Shown here piece by piece: positions 37,506-50,481 of a stretch of 64,000 nt of DNA. The first letter of the stretch is position 1; every line of letters begins with the position of its first letter. The stretch comes from Amoebophrya sp. A120 (taxonomy: Eukaryota; Protista; Dinoflagellata): the NCBI GenBank assembly GCA_905178155.1, contig CAJINV010000009.1, positions 3,528,768-3,592,767 on the forward strand, read 5' to 3'. The notes under the pieces are model-generated. The model ran no database searches. It was given only the letters and a program-made list of their open reading frames with translations, and was not told the origin of the DNA. The position numbers and the translations under genes were made by a program.

Positions 37506-38080
37506 TGCAAGGATTGATTTCATGTTGAACTTGAATGAAAGAATTACGCAGGTACTAGTACAACTGACTGCTGATTACTTGTTTTGGTCGGTGTCGACAG
37601 CGAAATCGATTGCGGTGACATCGTGTTGCCAAACGCCATGGTTCACGGTGTATTTGCAAATGCTTAATGGTGCGGTTTAGTGATGTGCCGGAAGTAGAAT
37701 TAATTGAGCTTGTTCTGCACCACATCGCGAGTGCAAGAGCGAAACCCCTGCTCCTGCGAGCGAAATGGATATTGATGGGCTTGGAGTGCTGGCGGGAGGC
37801 GCAGGTGATTTTGTTGGCGTAGAGCGAGTTGTAGTGCGTCTGCGTAGTTGTGCCTTCAAAAGGGTTCTTCAATGCAAAAGTCATTGTGAGGAGATCATCA
37901 CTGTCACTCTGTGGATCTTAAACCAAAACTGTGATCTTGAGAACCAAATCAACACCAAAGAGGAGCCACCAGCCGCTGGTAGAAGTTGCTGCGGCTTCTG
38001 CGAAGAAGAAGATGGCTACGACTTGACAGTTCGAGCGGCAGGAGCTCGACCTCCAGAGCAGCTCCAGCGGTGAAAAACTC

Positions 38081-41000
38081 ATGCTGCCCAGCGGGGCGAC
38101 TGCGAGGGCGACAAGAGCACGACGAGAGAAGATGATGGTGCCGTCGCTTCTCTTCGCCAGCTTGGGCGCAGTAGCGCCGTGGTTTTTCTTCTTCACAAAT
38201 CTCGTGATTATCGGAGTAGATGCTGTCACCGTACAACAGCAACGAGCTTCGGTTGCAGCGGGAACAGGTGCGGGCAGAAGTACGTCTGCAGCTCTGTTGG
38301 AGAAGCGCCGTCGTGGAGCTCGTAGGGGAACGAGTCGAACGACGAAGTTCTCTATGCGGGGAAAATACAATCGCAGAAAGACCACTAGAACGAACTTCAT
38401 TTCCCAGAAGGAGGCCCTGCTGCAAGTCCCGCACCACCTGCGACAGGAATTTGCTTTACTGCAGGAACAAGACCAGCATAGCCATGCAGGGACCAACATC
38501 AAGACCTCCCACAAGAGTAGAAAAGCAGCCTCTACTTCTTCTGCTGCGACGGCAGAAATAAGAAACGCGAACAAAATTCTCGAACTGAATAAGCTTTACT
38601 CCAAGCACTTCGCTCAGCTCGACGAAACCATTCTTTCCTGCAACGAGAAAAAGCTCAACCTCCAATCGAAGTTGAAGGAGGAGAGTGAAAAATTGAAACA
38701 AAAACAGCAGCAATCAACCCAGCAATTGAGAAACAAAGACCTCCTCTACAAGACCGTCCAAGAGTTACAAGATAATATGCGGATTTCCGTGAACGAGATC
38801 GAGAAGCAAAAGCAGCTGTGTGAGAAGCAAGCGAGTAGCAGAAATGGAGAAATATTGGCTTTATCCCAGGACGAGCAGTTGGTCGGGAAGTTTCAACCTG
38901 ACTACAGTACTTGCGACAAAACAGTCTCTTCACCGCCGAAACTTTTGGAGTGCACGTTACCCGACGGGTCACTGTTCTTCACTTTCGCGAATGGGACGCT
39001 GCATAATAGCATGCATTGCAAATATGTCTGGGTCTGGAAGGATGTAACTTGTGATGCTGCATTTGCATGCTACAAAAATCTGTGTTGCATGAATAGCAAA
39101 AGAGGTCCAGTTTTTGCCATGGCGAGAGGGCATTTCTCATGCGGTATAGGCATCAGGAAGCCCTCGCAAAACTAGTGATGCTAGGTCATGCATCACAGAC
39201 GTCAGGAATCATGCAAAATGTGCATGACAAACCTTGCAGCCTTCCAGAGTCAGACATTTTTGCATTTGATAAATAATTTTGTCAGGAAATTCGCATCTAA
39301 AACCAGCAAAGAGCTGCTCTCCTTGAACTTGATGCGGATTCTGTACAGCAGCGAGGGGGCGATGCCGGGGGACTCGGCGCTGTTGCAGATTTCAACATCT
39401 GGGCAAAATGGAAAGAACTTGATGTTCACGACAAGAGGTGGTCACGATCAACAACATTCTAGTAAGAAGATAAAACCGCACTTCCTCCTCCAAAACACGA
39501 CGAATTACAACGTGTCGGAGATTTTAACAGCAGAGGAGATCAACGACGGCGTGAAGTGTGCGAAGCATGCGAAACAGTTGAAAGGTCAAGACTGCGGGTT
39601 ATACCAGGATTTGATCGCCACTTTCGAAGATTCCGTCCGCGACAGTAAGATCACTGCGAAGCAAGAATTGGTGAAAGAAACCGAGAAATATCCACGAAAA
39701 AACACCCATCCCCATCCAATTTGTTATGCAAAACAAGCATAATTATGATTTGCAGTGTTTCTCATGCAAAAAATGGATGGGGATGGGTTCTTTTCCTGGA
39801 TAAGAAATGCGACAAAGCCACCAAGGATTTCGAAGTTTTGTCCTCTGGAAACAAGGCGAAATTACTGCAGCTGCAAGCGGAATTGCAGGAATCCGTACAG
39901 TATTTGCAGCAGTACGTCTTCGAGGCGGGGAAGCAGAAAACCACGTTTGAGGCAGTGTCAAAAGACATTGCGGCGGAGGTTTTGAGCTGCGAAAATTCCA
40001 TCAACGCGGAAAAACAGTCGCTGGAGGGGCTGAAGATGTTGTACAAAACAGCTACCAACTCTGCCGGTGGTGCTGGGTCTTCTAGTACGACCTCAACATC
40101 AGGGTCAACCTCAACAGCAGCCGCAAACAACAGCACTCCTGTGCAGTTCATGGGAAACTGCGAAGTTTCTCCGTTCGTCGCGGACACCCCCTGCGTTTGC
40201 ACCGTCGGGAAGGACGGGGTGGTGAAGGGAAAGCAGACGCTTAGTCGCGAAATTGTGAACGTGGATTTTTCTGTGGCGGGTAACAAGAATTTCAACAAGG
40301 CCAGTTCCTGTCCGCCGCTGAAGTTAGTCGACCGGAGTTGCGATTGCAGCAGCGGGAGTTCAAGTTCTTCAGCAGGACAAGCACCGTCCTCCTCATCTTC
40401 CTGCCGCCCCTCCAAGTGGTCGGAATGGTCAGAGTGCACGCAGCAGTGCGGCACAGGCTTGCAATCGCGAACCCGGACGTTGCCGACAGGTTCGTCCTGT
40501 ACTAGCGGTGGATCCGCTTTCCTACAGGACCTGAACACGGTGGAGGAGCAGGAGTGCAACACCCATCCGTGCGACTTGAACTGCGAATTGAGCGAGTGGA
40601 CCGCCTGGTCCGGATGCACCAAGCAGTGTCGCACCGGGCACCAAGTGCGCAGACGGGAACACGTTTTGCAGCAGGCCCTCGGTGACAACGGGAAGTGCTG
40701 GAAGAAAAACTCGAAACAACGGCTGGAACTGCAGGTCTGCAACACCAACGCAGATTGCGTTGGCGCTTCTGGGGTGAAGCAGGCCGTGCCGAGTTGTAGT
40801 GAAAACAAACTTTCTGCGTCGAATTTGCTGTTTTTGGTCGACGGATCCGGGTCAATGCAAGTGCAGCAGAAGTCCACTGGTGGTGGATCAGCAGGAGCTA
40901 CAACATCCCAAACGACCATCCTTCAAGACGTGCAAACGTTTCTTCTCTCCTTCGCGAAACGCATGAACTTTTTTCCGACCAGTGGTGTCACGAAGAACAA

Positions 41001-41526
41001 AATCGGGCTGATCACCTTCGCGGACAGAGCAGAGAAGATCAGCTTGGCGCAGGTAAATGAGCAGCAGGTAGTGCAGGAAGCGGATTTGAAGAGCGCAATC
41101 GTGGAGAAATTGCCGAAAAGTTTACTGAACGCCGGACACAGCACCAATTTAGCCGCGGCATTGTCTCTGGCGACGAATGAGCTAAGCTGTGGTGCCAGTA
41201 CAACTTCTTCGTCATCCTCCTCTGTCGGTGAGTTTTGCCAAAACCGAGAATCGTCAACCTCCACCACTGCTATTCCGACGGTGTTTATCATCACAGACGG
41301 TATGCCGAGGTCCAAGTACTTAGCGACCATGGAGATGCAGAAGCTGGGGAAAATCGCGCGGGTGTTTTTTCTCACGATTGGGAATTCGCTGAATAAAAAG
41401 GTTCTGAAGAATTTTGCGACCTTTCCAAGTTCGGAAAATTTCTACCACGTATTGGAGAGCGCGAAATTGAAAGAGGTGGAAACCGTCACGGATATCATGG
41501 CGAATTTCTGTACGAAGTTTGCATAA
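38081..41526 (+). CDS. Secreted coiled-coil + thrombospondin type 1 repeats + vWA domain protein (2 introners)
   Basis: Hydrophobic N-terminal segment; WSEWSECTQQCGTGLQSRTR and WTAWSGCTKQCRTGHQVRRR; vWA MIDAS motifs LFLVDGSGS, TNLAAAL, IITDG. Confidence 0.85.
39010..39271. mobile_element. Introner family A (left end CAT instead of TAT)
   Basis: Family A TIRs; TSD AATAG/AATAA. Confidence 0.9.
39689..39802. mobile_element. Introner family F
   Basis: Family F TIRs; TSD AGAAA. Confidence 0.93.
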
Positions 41527-42259
41527 ACGGTTGTAAGCAGTTCATCGAAGAGCCACTGCTTGGTTTTATTGTTGTTTTCCACTCATAGCTTCCACCAGTC
41601 TAGAGGAACGAATTTTCTTTTCCACAAATAGCCACGAATTGGATTTGCAGCAACACTTAGTTACAGCACATTGGGCGCCACGCTGCCTTGAAGAAGCAGG
41701 TGCTGTGTCGTACATGCAGCTCACTAAGTGCAACGGTTTTGGTGCACCTGTTCTGTTAGGTAATTTTCGTCGTGGGACCACGAGATTTTCCTGTCGTACG
41801 AAAGAGAGACTCGGAGAACTAATCTCGGTGACAATGGTGCTGCACTGGGACGAAATCGAAACCACACTCAGCCACACGGTAAAATCGCAGACGCATTTTA
41901 CTCTTCGAGAGAACAAGTCGTGCCATGCACACGCACCGATCGAATTAGTGATGAAGGTGTTTTGAGAAGAGCTAAGCCCGCCCAAAAAGCTTAGAGTCGT
42001 TCGTTCGCGTTTGTGAATATTTGGTCGAACATTTTATTCCCCGGCGACGCCGCGCCAAGACAGAGGCCCTTGCCTATACTATGGTATGACTTTTTTGATG
42101 ACATGGACCCAAACGGTAGAAAGAATAAAAACAAGACCGAGCAGCGGTGGAGTACGTGCTAACCCTAACGTCTACTTGTCGCAGCGCGACAATCTAAGGT
42201 TCTTTGACTTACAGTACGTCGCACACAGAAGAACATAACAAGAAATCTAGACGAACAAG

Positions 42260-43548
42260 ATGTTCTGCTGCGTCCGCTACGGGCTCGAGGAGGACAGCAA
42301 AACCTTCTTCAACCTAAATTGCGGCACCGCGGTTTTGCAAGACTTTATCGAGTCCAAAGCTCTGAAGCAGATCAAGCTCGACATCACGAAGCAGAAGGAG
42401 ATTCACCGAAAGCAAATCTCCACCCTGGCACGGCAGCTGAACGCACACAGCAAGCATCTCTCTATCCTGCAAAAGAGAAATCCCAACGCAACAGGAGCAA
42501 CCGTCGCGGGTGGAGGCGCTCCGGGGGACGAGGAGACAGGCGCTGGGGACAAAAAAGAAGAGGAGCAGGAAGAAGAGGAAGTGGATGAATACGCAGCACA
42601 GGATGCAAAAATCGAGGTTCTGCCGAAGGATAACATGGAGACAGTGACCAGTTGGATCGAGGGGACGGAAGGGGAAATTAGGGACAGGTATCATCGTAGT
42701 TCTTCATGACGACAATCTAATGGATGCACATGTTCATGACAAGGTCTAGGTGGAAGTAGGCCGGATCTTTTCCTCTCAGTCAGAGTGTCATGCTCGCACC
42801 ACTTTCACTACGGTAGGAAAAAAGAAAAACCTAAACTACCTTCCACATCTACTGTCCATCATACATCAACATTACAGGGAAGCCGCACTGGTAGCATTAG
42901 ACGAGGCAGAAATCGCGTTCCAAGATGTCGAAAAAGTGGACCTCGTCGATTCAGCCACGCAAGAAAAAGTCTCCTTCCGCGAACTGTTCCCGGTGCATTT
43001 ACGCTCTTGAGAGGGTAGTTCTATCGGTTGTATGACTTCTGTCTGGAATCGCGGTCCTATGCAGTTAGAGTCACTTCTTGTTTTCCTCATTGTGATGATG
43101 TCCCAGCAAGAACCAACATCAAGCTTGAGCTTCATCGCTGTTTGTCGACAGCACACCGACGCAAGAACCCAAGACAGTTTTTCTTCTGATAGAAGATTTT
43201 TTTTCCTTCGCATACCCGTTGCCCGCAACCGCTTGCCTGCCACTGAGAAGCACGACGGATCTGATAGGTACTGAACATAATTCACGCAAGTAGATCTAAT
43301 TGCACTTCAGCGTTTGCGTTCTCAGGTTATTGCAATTTCTTTGACCTTCTTTCATCATCTTTATCTGTGCAGCCGGGGGAACAAGTAGGACAAATTGTCA
43401 TGCAAAAGTGGAACATACACGCACTCGCACAGGTCTGCGTGGCGAGGGCGTGGATCCGCTCCCGCTGACGTTCGCGGTGCCAAAAGTCGTGCGGTCGGCC
43501 GAGGTCGAACAAATGCTGCTGGAGGGGGTGTTGGCGGGGAGAAGGTGA
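42260..43548 (+). CDS. Hypothetical protein (N-terminus weakly resembles the CXorf65/C22orf15-type MF..V.YG...FN.NC motif); 3' exon structure uncertain
   Basis: ORF 42260, GT-AG intron 42688-42877 continuing DREAALVALDE, and a probable last exon LRGEGVDPLPLTF...GRR*. Internal exons unresolved. Confidence 0.45.
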
Positions 43549-45042
43549 GCTGCAGATGAGATGAGACTGCAGATGGATGACACTGCTGCAGCTGGAGGAT
43601 CATCCTCATCCTGGGAACAATTCCTTATTTGCACTGTGGTACTGCTTCGTCTCTGTTGTGCATTCGAAGACCGAAGATGAAGTAGTAAGAAACAAAACTG
43701 AAATGAATCCACAACTACTAAAGAAGATCAGGAAAAACTACAGGAAGCTGCGCTTATGTTTTGAATGAATTGGCTAGACTATTGCTTTCCTTGTCTACTT
43801 GTGTCCTCGCAACACTGAAAAATAATGTTGGACGATACGCACCATAGCCCTGATAGTGCTTCTTGTGCTGCCTGCCTCTAGTACCGGCGGGTAGAAATAG
43901 AGCGTTGCAAAAAGTTCCTGCGTACTGTTCTGCACAACAAGTCTGTCACTGAGCTTCTGCGGAACGTGTGCTGGGGGTTGTTGTGTCGAAATACCTACTA
44001 CATTAGCCACAGTGGATTTCGTGCTAGAGCTAGTTGTTGGAAAAATTGTTTAAAAAAGAAGAGTGGTTGGTAGTTCTCGGGCGAGGACGAGATTGCAAAG
44101 AAGCAAATCGGAGTAGATGACAGAACCTCAGGAGTAGATCTCTAATATCATTATCACACGCAAGCTGATGTCAAGCCTACTGTCTGCGGTGCATAAATTC
44201 TGGTACGACTGGAGGTGGTCGTGAAGACCTGCTGCAGGAGCAGGAGTTCTGCAGCAGGAACAATGTAAAAAGTCTTTTTGGGTGAAGAAAGATTCTACGT
44301 AGAAACATGAAAGTGATTCCCTGCAGCTCGTAGTCGTAGTTGGGACCGTCCGTCTCTGAACTATTACGGTAGACTGTGTCCGTTCGTAGCGGGAACTAGT
44401 ATTTACACTTCGTCTGCGTAGTTTGTTCGCAAGAACAATAGAGCAACCACGAGAATACAAAATATACACGTCGAACGCCAAACATGAGGGAATGCACTGC
44501 TGGAGCCGGTTTCTCGCCCAGATTTTACCTTCAGCCACCAGCCCCACCGCCCTGGCTGTTCGTGACCGGTGGACGATTGCAGGCCGGTGGCTGTGTGTCA
44601 TCTCTGTCTGAGCTTGATGCTCTCTCAGCATGATCGAAGACGAACATGGCAGGAGAGGACCACGACAACGACCAGCCACTATCTGACCGAGGTATGTGAA
44701 GACGACTTGGGCAACGAACAAGTGAATACGACGAAAGCTGGTGCGCAGGGGATCGATACTAGGAAAGGGTCCTTCTTCTACTTATCACATCTTCAAACTG
44801 CTGCAGTAGAACGCTAGCCTCATCGTGTCCCCGGGGATTTGCTTTTGCAGCTTGGACGCCTTCTGACGTAGAAGTTCTTGTTTCTGGGTAAGAACAAGTT
44901 TACGTAGTCACGAAGACAAGAACCGCTGTCATCACTACGTAGCTGCGCTGATCAAAAAGAAAGATCTGAACTACTACACGATGAAGTAAATGCGGACTCC
45001 ACTTCCCACCTCGCCTCGACCACACAGAGACTGAAAAACATC

Positions 45043-48000
45043 ATGTCCAGTCCGTCAAATAACCTCCAGCAGCCTACTCCGGCGACGTCGTCCGGAGCTC
45101 CAGGAGCGCCATCAGGTGGACCTCCTCCCACCGGCGCGCTGAACCAATGGGCCCAGATTCCCGCCTCCGGGCAGGTCTATTCCGCGAGAACCGGCCACGT
45201 GGTGATCAGTTTTCAGGACCCCAACCGAACGGACGAGGTCAAGTTCTACGTCTTTGGGGGCACGGACGGCTCCGCGAGGCAAGCAGATGTGCACGAGTTT
45301 AACACCAGAACGAACGATATCGATTGCAAATATTTCTGGGCCTGGAAGGATGCGAACTTGTGACGCGCATTTCATAACACACGCAAACCTCTCATGCACA
45401 GGCAGCAAAAGATGCCCACTTCCTGTCACCAAAATGGGGCATTTGTTATGCGGATGACGCATTGCAAAACCTTAACCTTCACGAAACCTGTGATGCTAGG
45501 GCGTTCATGCCAGACCTTCTGTGTCATGCGAACCAGCATGACACCTTTCCTTCCAGGCCCAGACATATTGATTTGCATTTGATAAACGAGTGGCACGCGG
45601 TCCGCGCCCACGGCACCCCGCCGGCGGCGCGGTCGGGCGCGCAGGCGGTGTTGTTCGAGGGCAAAGTGTGGGTGTTCGGCGGGTACACGAGAAAGGACGG
45701 GGATTACTTCAACGATGTGTACGTCTTCCATTTACCCCGGGAAGGCCAGCACGCGAAGTGGGAGTGCATGACTACGCAAATCGCGGGCGAGGCGCCGTCG
45801 AAGCGCACGGACCATACGACGGTGTTGTTCGGGAGGAGCATGTGGGTGTTCGGTGGCTTTGACGGAAGAGTATGAATTGCAAAAGTATCGTACTCGTATA
45901 AATGCATGAAAAAAATAAATGCATTACAAATTTTCTCAGCATGAGGCATAAAATTTGTAATGCTGATTTATCTTAAGAAGAAGATTTGTATTGCGTGATT
46001 GCAATAAACGAGTACCATACTTTTGCACAGGATAAAGAACAAGGTTTAACGATCTGCGGGAATTGCGGCTGGGCGTGTTTTATCAACTGCAAAAATGTCT
46101 GGGTCTGAAGATTGCCAGGTTTGTCATGCATATTTTGAATGACCCATGATGTCTGTGATGCATGCCCTAGCATCGCAGATCTTTAGAGGACTTTGCGATG
46201 CCTCTATCGCATGAGAAATGACCGCTCCGCGTAGCACAAACTGGAGTCCTCTTCCTGGTCATGCATGACAAATTTTTTTAGAATCCAGAGACAGCATTAC
46301 AAGTTTAGAATCTTCCAGACCCAGACACATTTGCATTTGATATGTTTCCGAGTGGGGGTGTCACGGAATCCAGCTCCGTCCCGCAATCCCGGCATCAGTC
46401 CGCCTGGATACAGATCTCCACCCGGACGCAGCGACCCAGGCCGCGGTTCGGCCATTCCGCGGTCACGTACGAGAACTCCATGTACATCTTTGGTGGTTGG
46501 GACGGCCACCAAACGCTGCAGGAATTGCAGGAATACAACTTCAACACGAATGCCTGGCAAGCCGTCGGCACGGGCGGGGCGGGCGGCGGCGCCAGCGTCA
46601 ATCCGGCGAATTTGGAGCAGGGTGTATGCATTGCAAAAATTCATCACTTGTCGCACTCATAGAAGAAAATTTTTGCAGTGACGCATGGCAAATCCGATTG
46701 CTTTGTTCTAAACATGAATCAGCATATAAAACAATCTTCATTTTTGCTTTTGAAGAAACTTGTCATGCGAGTAGTACACGATAACGTCGATTATACTTTT
46801 GCAATGCATAAACTGGTAACCCGAACAATGTCCGGAATTCCGCAAGCACGAACGGGCAGCAGAACAACAGCGCCGGTCTATTACAATAAAAAATACCCCC
46901 ACACCAGAATTTGCAAAAGTTTCTCATGCAAAGTTTCCAAATAAAAGATTTTTGTCTTGCATGACAGGACTACGAGCCTTTCTGATGCAGAATTTACATT
47001 CAGGTGCGCAAGGCATCTTTTGCATAACAGAACCGGCTACTGTTGGGCCCCTTTGCAAGACAAATTTTTGCTATTCACGATTGGAAGTCTGTGATGCTCA
47101 TCGATGCATGAGGGCGAATGTTTCATTTGGAAAGGTTTGCAATACAAATGCTATCAAGTTCGGGGGTGGGGGAATTTTTCATTGCAATACGGTCCGAGCG
47201 CCCGCTACCGACACAGCGCGATCGTCTTAGCGAATAGCATATCCACAGTAAATTTCCTGTACACGTACAAATGCGGTCTCTGCATGGCAAACCTAGGCTT
47301 CGATCCTAGTTTAGCATGACAAGTTTCACACTCCAAATTGGGGAAATTTGTGATGCATCTTGTACATGTGCGGGAAATTTGTGTTGCATATAGCATGTAC
47401 GTGTTTGGCGGGGTGGATAAAGACCAAAAGCGCTTCAACGACTTGTACCAATTCGATTTCTTCCAGCGCCGGTGGTCCTACGTAGACGTCATTGGCGCGG
47501 TGCCCCGGAATCCATCGGAACCCGAATTGGTTGGCGGGAATGTGCCGACGGCGAGAACCTTTCACCGGGCTGCGGTCAACGAAATTAGCGGCAAGATGTA
47601 CATCCTGGGCGGGTTTGACGGCCGGAGACAGAACGACTTGCACGTCATCCAAGTGGTTCCCCACGTGTCGCAGCGCACGCCGTCGGTGGTGGGCCGCGCG
47701 CGTGGGGTCGTAGCAGGAACGGGATCTTCTTCCTCCTCGAGTGCACCACCGCCTCCACCGGCGAACCAGCAGTCGGGCATATTCAGCGGAATCACGAACA
47801 ATTTAGGGTTTTTCAACCCAGGCTCACGGACGAACAGCACGGGAAGCAACGCTGCCGGTGGAGGACCGCAGCCTCTCGTGTCGGGGTCCAGCGGGGACTT
47901 GCAAGGCATGGCATCGGTGGATACGACAGTGGACGGGGGAATAGTGGGCGATGGAAGCGAGGTATAGTGTGTAGCTAGTGCTTCTATTTTTTTTGGTTGT

Positions 48001-50061
48001 CGTTTCCGTTTGTGATGCAAAACACGAAACCCAAGCCCAACAAACATTTACATTATCCTCTACTCCTCCCACAGGCCGCGACCGCTCTGATGCCTGAGGA
48101 TTTCTGGAAGTGGCAGGCGATAGAACAGCACGGCAAGATATATACGCCCCGGACAGGGCACGCGGTGGTGGTGTATGGGAACAAATTTTACCTCATGGGC
48201 GGGACGGACGAGAGCGTATCAAATGCAAAAATGTCTGGGTCTGGAAGAATGCATGTTTGTCATGCTTGTCTGGCATGACTCTTAAATCTGTCATGCACGT
48301 TACCCAAGAGCCCCATTTTTCTGCGATGCAGAAACGCAGTTTGTCATGCAGAATAGGCAACACCTAGAAGCTCAGAAACTTGTCATGCTGAGCCAGCACT
48401 TGTGGCCCGATCATGAGACGCCACCCAGCATCACAAGTTTCCAGACCCAGACATTTTTGCATTTGATAGAGCGCGCGGCAGAACGACATCTACTGCTTCG
48501 ATTGCGAAACGAACAACTGGACTATGCTGCAGAATATCAAAGGTATACACGGCGATGTTGACTCACCAGCAGTTTGTGATGCTGATGCGCGGTCTCCTGA
48601 GTCGAAGTACTTTTGATTGTATTGCATGTCAATCAACATGTAATCGTAATTATGTTGCATGAGTGAGACTGTTGTTTCCGCATGCCACCTCACAACTGAA
48701 CAACAGGCAACCCGCCCTCCGCCCGGTCCGGCTCCAAAGCCATCGTTTATTCCGACTCAATCTACTTCTTCGGGGGCTACACGAAGAAGGACGGGGAATA
48801 CTTTCAGGACCTTTACTCCTTCAACCTGAGAAGTAGCTTCTGGCAAAAAATCAAAGCGGAGAACGAAGAGCTCCGACCCCATCCGAGGACCGATCACACC
48901 TGTTGCAACTACGGACCGAACATCTTTGTCTTCGGTGGGTTCGATGGCCGCAGCAGATTTGACGATCTGCGCAGGTTTTCTATCGACTACAACCGGTGGG
49001 AACACATCCCGCAGCAGCAGGCAACACCGATGGCAAGGTACTTATAATTTTGAATCGTGTACTCTGCTTTTGATCATCGGAACGAAGGTTTCTTGCATTC
49101 CATGACTTGATGTATGAGAAGCAGTGTAGCGTTTCGCAGGCCGTACTAAACTTCTACTTTCCACAAACTCAGGTTCGGTCATTCTGCCTGCATGTATGGC
49201 AGCTCCATGTACGTTTTTGGCGGTTGGAACGGGCACGATACCCTCGACGACCTCTCCGAGTTTTCCACCACCACCGGCACCTGGTACCACATCCCCGGAC
49301 GGGGCAACGTACCCACAAGTCGCTACCGCCACTCCGCCATCGTGTACGGCTGCTGCATGTTTCTGTTCGGCGGGGTGGACAAGCAGCAGAACCGTTACAA
49401 CGACCTCTACGAGTTCAACTTCGACTCGAGGAATTGGTCAAGGATTAACACCAGCGGCGAAATCGCGAGACCGACCCCGCGAACGTTTCACAAGGCGTGC
49501 ATTTACGGCGGGAGGATGTACATCTTAGGTGGCTTCGACGGACAAAGACGGAACGACATGTACCGGATAGCGATCATCGAGGAGCGGACCGAAGAAGAGA
49601 AGAAGCAACAACGGGGGCTAGCCCAGCAAATGCGCCGCTTGCGGGAAGACGGGCAGCAAGGGACGTCCGGAGAGCCGAATTTATTTGCTGGGGAGGAGGA
49701 TGACGATGAGGATATGGGGACAAGTTTAAATGGAGGAACTTCCGCGAACGCAAGTTTTCTGGAATCCACCCCCGGCGGCGTAGCCACCTCGGCAGCGAGC
49801 AGTGCCGGACTTGCGTCTCCGACGCACGCCATGCGGTCGGAGCTAGTGAGCTGTAAAAAGCAGATCTTGGAATTGCAGAAGAGATTGGAGCGCGAGGAGG
49901 AACGGCACATCTGCAAGATCTGCTACGAGCGGGAGATAAACTCGGTGATCCTGGATTGCAACCACTGCACGGCGTGTACAAGATGTGTGGCCCAGCTGGA
50001 TTCCTGTCCGATTTGCCGCACCGTGATGCGGAAGGGGTGGAACGAAATTTTTTTTCAGTAA
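45043..50061 (+). CDS. Kelch-repeat protein with C-terminal coiled coil and RING finger (7 introners, 3 GT-AG introns)
   Basis: Many Kelch repeats (R.GH..., YVFGG.DG...ND); RING motif CKICYERE...LDCNH..ACTRC...CPICR. Introns at 47962-48074, 48543-48706 and 49038-49172. Confidence 0.92.
45318..45584. mobile_element. Introner family A (diverged)
   Basis: A-like TIRs; TSD AACGA. Confidence 0.92.
45871..46034. mobile_element. Introner family B
   Basis: Family B TIRs; TSD AAGAG/AAGAA. Confidence 0.92.
46081..46342. mobile_element. Introner family A
   Basis: Family A TIRs; TSD TGTTT. Confidence 0.93.
46625..46810. mobile_element. Introner, B-like and degenerate
   Basis: TATGCATTGCAAAA...TTTTGCAATGCATA; TSD eroded (GGGTG/AACTG), but removing the element plus 5 nt keeps the frame. 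Confidence 0.8.
46879..47189. mobile_element. Introner family L (single copy here)
   Basis: TATTACAATAAAAAATACCCCCAC...GTGGGGGAATTTTTCATTGCAATA; TSD CGGTC. Confidence 0.9.
47240..47390. mobile_element. Introner family G (reverse of 24276-24431)
   Basis: TATCCACAGTAAATTTCC...GGAAATTTGTGTTGCATA; TSD TAGCA. Confidence 0.92.
48217..48468. mobile_element. Introner family A
   Basis: Family A TIRs; TSD GAGCG; very similar to 55838-56089. Confidence 0.93.
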
Positions 50062-50279
50062 AAAGAAAAACGGGGAGGATTAGGATACTAGGAAGGTGGG
50101 CGCGGAGGTCGCACTTGGTCCTCGGCGTAGAGGGTGGAACATTTGGTGTCATGTTCAACCAATTATACTTTTTTTCAACACGTTCACGTTTACAAATACA
50201 AACACAAAGCTTAGGCTTGCAATGCAGGCTGACGCAGCCGAACGAGCGGACGCTCCCCGGCAACCTGCTGGCTACAGCT

Positions 50280-50481
50280 TATCAAAGAAAAAAAGTTCGT
50301 CACGATCACTCATGCGCATTTTTGCAATACAAAATTGTTTGCCATGCGTGAAAATGCATCACAAACTTCATAAGGGATTTCCCTAGTGTTTCTGCAATAC
50401 AAGGAAAGTTTGTGGCGCTGGGAAAATTTGTAATGCAAAGCCTGCAAGTTAGTGACTGTGACAAACTTTTTTCTCTCCATG
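50280..50481. mobile_element. Introner family C in 3'-flanking/non-coding DNA (reverse of 2130-2332; right end ATG)
   Basis: TATCAAAGAAAAAAAGTTCGTCACG...TTTTTCTCTCCATG; TSD CAGCT. Confidence 0.9.

Noticed and set aside
39762-40919. 385-aa minus-strand ORF and similar antisense ORFs (12780-13643, 18358-19014, 49574-50263)
   Set aside because: Antisense shadows of well-supported + strand exons.
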